A stretch of DNA of 39,862 nucleotides from a virus. The DNA is taken from IMG/VR virus record IMGVR_UViG_3300045988_132723; one strand, given 5' to 3'. Shown here piece after piece: positions 36,801-39,862 of this stretch (position 1 is its first letter; every line of letters starts with the position of its first letter). A program made the position numbers and the translations under genes. The notes beneath the pieces are model-generated. The model did not search any database and had not been told where the DNA came from. It was given only the letters and a program-made list of their open reading frames with translations.

Positions 36801-37098
36801 TTCATCTTTTAATATTTTGAAAAAATTAGCTACAAGAACCAATGTTGTATATACATTAGAAATACAAATTCTTGAAAGTAAATTAGAAGTCCAAGGAGAG
36901 TCGTATTTAAGTAAATTTATAGAAAAAAAGGAAGAAGGGTTTTCTGAAATACGTCATACATCATTTAGCGGAGTACTTTTTAATTTAACAACAGCTCATT
37001 TCAAAGGTTTATCTATAACAGCAAGTGCAGAAACTTCAACATTATCTAATGCAACTGGAAGTGGAGAGGTACAATATATAGCAATGGAGGTAGATTAA
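33838..37098 (+). CDS. tail/host-specificity protein with fibre-like stalk
   Basis: 1086 aa; N-terminal tail-associated region; Ala/Asn/Thr-rich repetitive stalk 'NSASTAQTTANGAKTAATNAQTTANNATTSANNAMNRANNAY'. Confidence 0.8.
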   Translation: MQSYINNHLYVAKIINISKNKDITDYIDDCNITLPKTSEISSMEASFVIEEKLIDTGNEVKIEVLDEKKKVLYSLEGKATLEKRNKSYTGKEAFTYSIKDNYDKLFDKVVPETIVFFDLFFCNINDKHNSLLHIVANKLGFRDEQLDFANIAFEDGSLMRVPFVLFEQDERWVDILQRFIKATDSILYIKDKKLFLRPRNFMLNEVLKFDRTNIITEVDETFKTILYNGIRVNYDRFIKLENQVVFNLSQKIILDEAKRINLNLVENYESKAIRITYTTSSVSNPTLTKATGYYFTREDDVKSKVDIKLIKGTHYTIEKWEETQAIVKFINPFPYKFYIENFEIKGLPLVKYQDNESIIKKTNVKEKSQENFISIQKNREVQTEKLAKYIALSEYKSQILNNRTFNFNTYFLKDIELGEVYKLELEDINTVVRVTNIQISLKPAEFEMRIETECIENNGEYTYSSTLSGKSNTNFVDLKPLEEKIDENNKNLKILDRDVRSRLFKQKTEPNLAEVKENDIWLNPDTNVWKKFYNGVWNPISEDEILPAMKMYNSIEGNVIKLQGTADKVGAYLLNSGEKFGSLNGELAHVTFDKMGQFEAENPNNRVALNIKDPANPSRVTSQILLGVTDITDPRWKNTIFAIGDEASPNRIEFKNRQVYQTINGVEIGTKIKNVETAIGGVNKTAVEAKNSASTAQTTANGAKTAATNAQTTANNATTSANNAMNRANNAYNLANTSQNKANSAYSYANTIEGALKQGDFIITGKTVFDGSARFVSRGTNEVITIANGSIDFHRNGVRLTRIKNIRYGVIGTDSKGKGVVNFDGFQQPMIVLPTIKSANFGKNMASIHCFAEHISGTQYRFYVYGTNEDYREASPVKVVGTRWAMNNVVITTLLGITGFTDRVYVNEFFKFIPQLKVIEEVIPGNSSKYEEYKLKRNYIKIVKTPLVNVKIKRNSEIIFNKNYEIRFNSNLQNSYKLEYSIDSLILNSSFNILKKLATRTNVVYTLEIQILESKLEVQGESYLSKFIEKKEEGFSEIRHTSFSGVLFNLTTAHFKGLSITASAETSTLSNATGSGEVQYIAMEVD

Positions 37099-37099
37099 T

Positions 37100-37735
37100 A
37101 TGTATTTTTATTTAAATAAAGAAAGATTATTAAATGGAGAAGTTACTGTAATATTTCAAACAGAAAGCCAAATACCTAACTATAAAGAAATAACAAATTT
37201 TGGGGAATTGGTAGAGTTTCAAGGAGATAATATCCCTGCTAATTGGGAGTATTCAGTAACAGAAGATGTTTTGTATAATATAAATGACAAGCCTAGTCCG
37301 TTTCATATTTTAAAAAATAAAAAATGGATAGTTGAGGATAAAGATGGTTTTAAGGAATATTGTTTTAATAATATAGATGCTATAAAACAAGAAATTCTTG
37401 AATATGGCTTTGATTACGAAATAACGAACGGTGATAAGCATAGACAGAGATGCAGAAATGATGATATAGCAAAAATGGTAGCTACAGTTGTATCTCTCCA
37501 ACTTGCGAAATCACTTGGAGTAGAGCAAAAAGTAACATGGTACTTTGAGGACAATGTAGGAATGACTGTTGGGTTATTAGAATTAGGAAAACTAATGCTT
37601 TTTGGAACAACATTTATACAGTCAGTCTATGATACAGAGAATTACTTCAAAACATTAAAAGATATTAAAAAAATTTCTAAAATTGAATTTGAAATCAAAA
37701 GAAAAGAAATACATCTGAATCTAGCAAAAAGCTAA
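37100..37735 (+). CDS. tail-associated hypothetical protein (211 aa)
   Basis: Adjacent to tail fibre gene. Confidence 0.55.
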   Translation: MYFYLNKERLLNGEVTVIFQTESQIPNYKEITNFGELVEFQGDNIPANWEYSVTEDVLYNINDKPSPFHILKNKKWIVEDKDGFKEYCFNNIDAIKQEILEYGFDYEITNGDKHRQRCRNDDIAKMVATVVSLQLAKSLGVEQKVTWYFEDNVGMTVGLLELGKLMLFGTTFIQSVYDTENYFKTLKDIKKISKIEFEIKRKEIHLNLAKS

Positions 37736-37755
37736 TTTTAAGAGTTTTTAAAAAT

Positions 37756-37787
37756 AAAGGTAGTTTTATATAGCTACCTTTTTTTAA
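37756..37787 (+). terminator. intrinsic terminator AAAGGTAG...CTACCTTTTTTT
   Basis: 8-bp stem (37756-37763/37774-37781) plus T-run. Confidence 0.85.
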
Positions 37788-37849
37788 TAATTTTAAATGA
37801 CAAATTATAAGGTCAGTTTAATAATTTTTATATAAAGGAGTTGATAAGT

Positions 37850-38359
37850 ATGTACACTTTATCACAAACCAGCTTGGATAAATTAAAAGGGGTACATCCA
37901 AACCTAGTAAATTTTTTAAAAGAGTTAATTTTAATAAGCCCTTGGGATTTTAAGATTACAGCAGGAGTTAGAACAGCAGCAGAACAAAATTTAGAATATC
38001 AAAAAGGTAGAACATTACCTGGAATAAAAGTAACAAAAGTAGATGGCTATAAACAAAAATCTAATCATCAGACAAAATTTGATGGACTTGGTTATGCGGC
38101 AGATATTGGAGTACTTGTTAAAGAAAAGGTTATAGAAAAAGTAAAAGAAAATGGAAAAGAAGTAGAAAAAGAAATTGAAAAAATGGTTTATAAGGGAAGT
38201 TGGAAAGATTTTCATTACTATCAAGACATATATAACACAGCTAAAAATGCTGGATTGTTAGAAAAATATGGCATTGAATGGGGTGGAAATTGTTGGAAAT
38301 CATTTAAGGATGCTCCACACTGGCAAATAAAAGGAGCAGATAAGGTAGCTTTTAAATAA
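37850..38359 (+). CDS. endolysin, M15/VanY-like peptidase
   Basis: 'FKITAGVRTAAEQNLEYQKGRT', 'SNHQTKFDGLGYAADIG', 'PHWQIKG'; likely start ATG 37850 after AAAGGAG. Confidence 0.8.
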   Translation: MYTLSQTSLDKLKGVHPNLVNFLKELILISPWDFKITAGVRTAAEQNLEYQKGRTLPGIKVTKVDGYKQKSNHQTKFDGLGYAADIGVLVKEKVIEKVKENGKEVEKEIEKMVYKGSWKDFHYYQDIYNTAKNAGLLEKYGIEWGGNCWKSFKDAPHWQIKGADKVAFK

Positions 38360-38411
38360 TAAATAGTCTAGCCAGACAGTTATTATAAAAAAATTTTAGG
38401 AGGTTTTACTT

Positions 38412-38807
38412 ATGAAAGATTTAGTAGTTGGATTAATTTTAAAATTATGGGCATTTTTAACAGGATTTACTTGGGAACAATGGGGATGGATGCTATTAGC
38501 CACTGTAATAGTTGCTTATATGATTTATAACAGAAAGATGTATGTGCAAATATTTGATAATGCAGTGGTGTATGCAGAAACATCTTTTAATTATGGGGAT
38601 AATCTTAAAAAGCTAGATGGAGCAGTAACATTTATAATAGAAAGAACAAATAGCCTACCATTTATAGCTAGGGTAGTAATTAGAAGATTTTTAAGTAGAA
38701 AAAGAATGGTAGATATTATAGAAACAACACTACAAAAGTTTTCTAATGTATTTGGAACAGGAAGAAAAATAGATATAAAAGGAAATGAGGAAGATGGAGA
38801 AAACTAA
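38412..38807 (+). CDS. LLH-type holin-like membrane protein
   Basis: One TM segment 'WGWMLLATVIVAYMIY' plus 'AVVYAETSF' and basic C-terminus. Confidence 0.55.
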   Translation: MKDLVVGLILKLWAFLTGFTWEQWGWMLLATVIVAYMIYNRKMYVQIFDNAVVYAETSFNYGDNLKKLDGAVTFIIERTNSLPFIARVVIRRFLSRKRMVDIIETTLQKFSNVFGTGRKIDIKGNEEDGEN

Positions 38808-39243
38808 ATTAATCCTAGAACCAATTTCAAATGGTAAGGCAATTTTGCTAGAAGAGTATGTTTATGATATAAATGGGTACTTGATAAGAGTACCCAAATC
38901 TTTTATAACAGATGGAGCATCAGTGCCTCATTCTTTACAATGGTTGTATAATCCTTATGGCAAATATATTAATGCAGCAGTTATCCATGATTATTTATAT
39001 TCTACATATAATAACACTGGTATAAATAGAACTCTTTCAGATAAAATATTTAGACATATTATGAAAGAAACTGGTGTTGATAGTAGAACTACAAGAAGAT
39101 TTTATAATGCAGTTAAGTATTTTGGTGAAACATTCTGGAAAACTAAATTGCAAAATGAGGGATACAAAGATAGAGCTATAATTGATAGAACTAAGGAAGC
39201 TAAGGAATATTATAATTACTGGAATAAAGTATTAGGGTTATAG
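38785..39243 (+). CDS. DUF1353 protein
   Basis: 'LIRVPKSFITDGASVPHSLQWL..YINAAVIHDYLYST..RTLSDKIFRHIMKETGV'. Confidence 0.85.
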   Translation: MRKMEKTKLILEPISNGKAILLEEYVYDINGYLIRVPKSFITDGASVPHSLQWLYNPYGKYINAAVIHDYLYSTYNNTGINRTLSDKIFRHIMKETGVDSRTTRRFYNAVKYFGETFWKTKLQNEGYKDRAIIDRTKEAKEYYNYWNKVLGL

Positions 39244-39465
39244 GTGGTGTATATGATTGAAAAAATTTTTGAAATTATAGGTAATATATTAAAAGAGTAT
39301 GGTATAGCTGGAGGGTTACTACTTTACTTTTTATGGAAAGATAGTAGAACTTTTGAGCTGTTTAGAAATACAATGCAGAAAATAGCAGACCAATTAGAGT
39401 CTATGCAAAAGGATCAGACAGAATTAAAAAAAGACATGGAGGAGATTAAAAAATTCATAAAGTAA
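39244..39465 (+). CDS. small holin-like/BhlA-like membrane protein
   Basis: 'EYGIAGGLLLYFLWKDSRTFELF..LKKDMEEIKKFI' TM plus coiled coil. Confidence 0.6.
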   Translation: MVYMIEKIFEIIGNILKEYGIAGGLLLYFLWKDSRTFELFRNTMQKIADQLESMQKDQTELKKDMEEIKKFIK

Positions 39466-39466
39466 T

Positions 39467-39496
39467 GGGGTAGGCTTTTGTCCTACCCCTTTTATG
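39467..39496 (+). terminator. late-operon terminator GGGGTAGG...CCTACCCC TTTT
   Basis: Strong stem-loop immediately after the last phage gene. Confidence 0.85.
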
Positions 39497-39535
39497 TTAT
39501 TTAACATCTCTAAAAATAGATGATGATAATTTTTA

Positions 39536-39547
39536 ATGTACACCACA
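39536..39547 (+). repeat. ATGTACACCACA, exact copy of 599-610
   Basis: 12-bp direct repeat flanking the phage gene block; candidate attR or Int arm site. Confidence 0.45.
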
Positions 39548-39631
39548 TAAAATACCATTTTATTTTTAAAGATACTATTTATCTATATTTTATTATTCTG
39601 TTGATTTTATTTATTATACAGCCAAAATAAA

Positions 39632-39663
39632 ATGAGATTACTGCAATATTGCAGTAACCTCAT
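39632..39663. terminator. bidirectional terminator-like hairpin
   Basis: ATGAGATTACTGCAATATTGCAGTAACCTCAT downstream of the minus-strand host gene. Confidence 0.7.
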
Positions 39664-39701
39664 TCTTTGTTTTTTAAGGGATTTTTTATGAAAATTAAAT
39701 T

Positions 39702-39862
39702 TTACTTATTAATAATTTCTAGTACATCTTCAACAGTTTTTTCTCCAAAGTAGATATGTTGGTCATCAACTATAATAGCTGGTACACTCATAATATCATA
39801 TCTATTCTTAAAATCTTGGAAAGTGAAGATATTTATCATTTCCATTTCAACATTTTTATTTA
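39702..39862 (-). CDS. thioredoxin-fold protein, partial (host gene, C-terminal part)
   Basis: 'FKNRYDIMSVPAIIVDDQHIYFGEKTVEDVLEIINK' with cis-Pro motif. Confidence 0.7.
   Translation of the reverse strand, partial: NKNVEMEMINIFTFQDFKNRYDIMSVPAIIVDDQHIYFGEKTVEDVLEIINK

Noticed and set aside
34233-38224. Minus-strand ORFs within tail fibre, 37100-37735 and endolysin genes
   Set aside because: Fully antisense to strong plus-strand genes; Cys/Ser-rich frame comes from the repetitive stalk.

Overview
The window is an almost complete temperate siphophage-type prophage in a very AT-rich, Fusobacterium-like background (host assignment is inference). Order: minus-strand integrase, trypsin-like protease and repressor; plus-strand Cro-like gene and early genes; a recombination/replication block (VRR-NUC, SNF2 helicase, YqaJ-type exonuclease, RecA/Sak4-like ATPase, DUF669-type SSB, compact family B DNA polymerase, primase/D5 helicase); a late regulator; terminase, portal, MuF head protein, scaffold, N4-gp56-like capsid, tail genes and lysis genes. 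A host thioredoxin-fold gene lies at the right edge. Main points of interest: (1) a MuF head protein with a C-terminal extension resembling DUF3626/ART-like effectors, overlapped by a small acidic ORF, i.e. a candidate MuF toxin-immunity pair; (2) a DUF4393/Abi-alpha-like gene inserted antisense between terS and terL and split at a T8 tract; (3) a structured noncoding region before terS with a 71-nt tRNA-like element and a three-way junction; (4) a T_TTT_TTA -1 frameshift site in the tail chaperone genes; (5) an iteron-like dyad after the helicase, a candidate origin; (6) a serine protease next to the repressor. Family assignments come from recognising sequence motifs; no database search was run.
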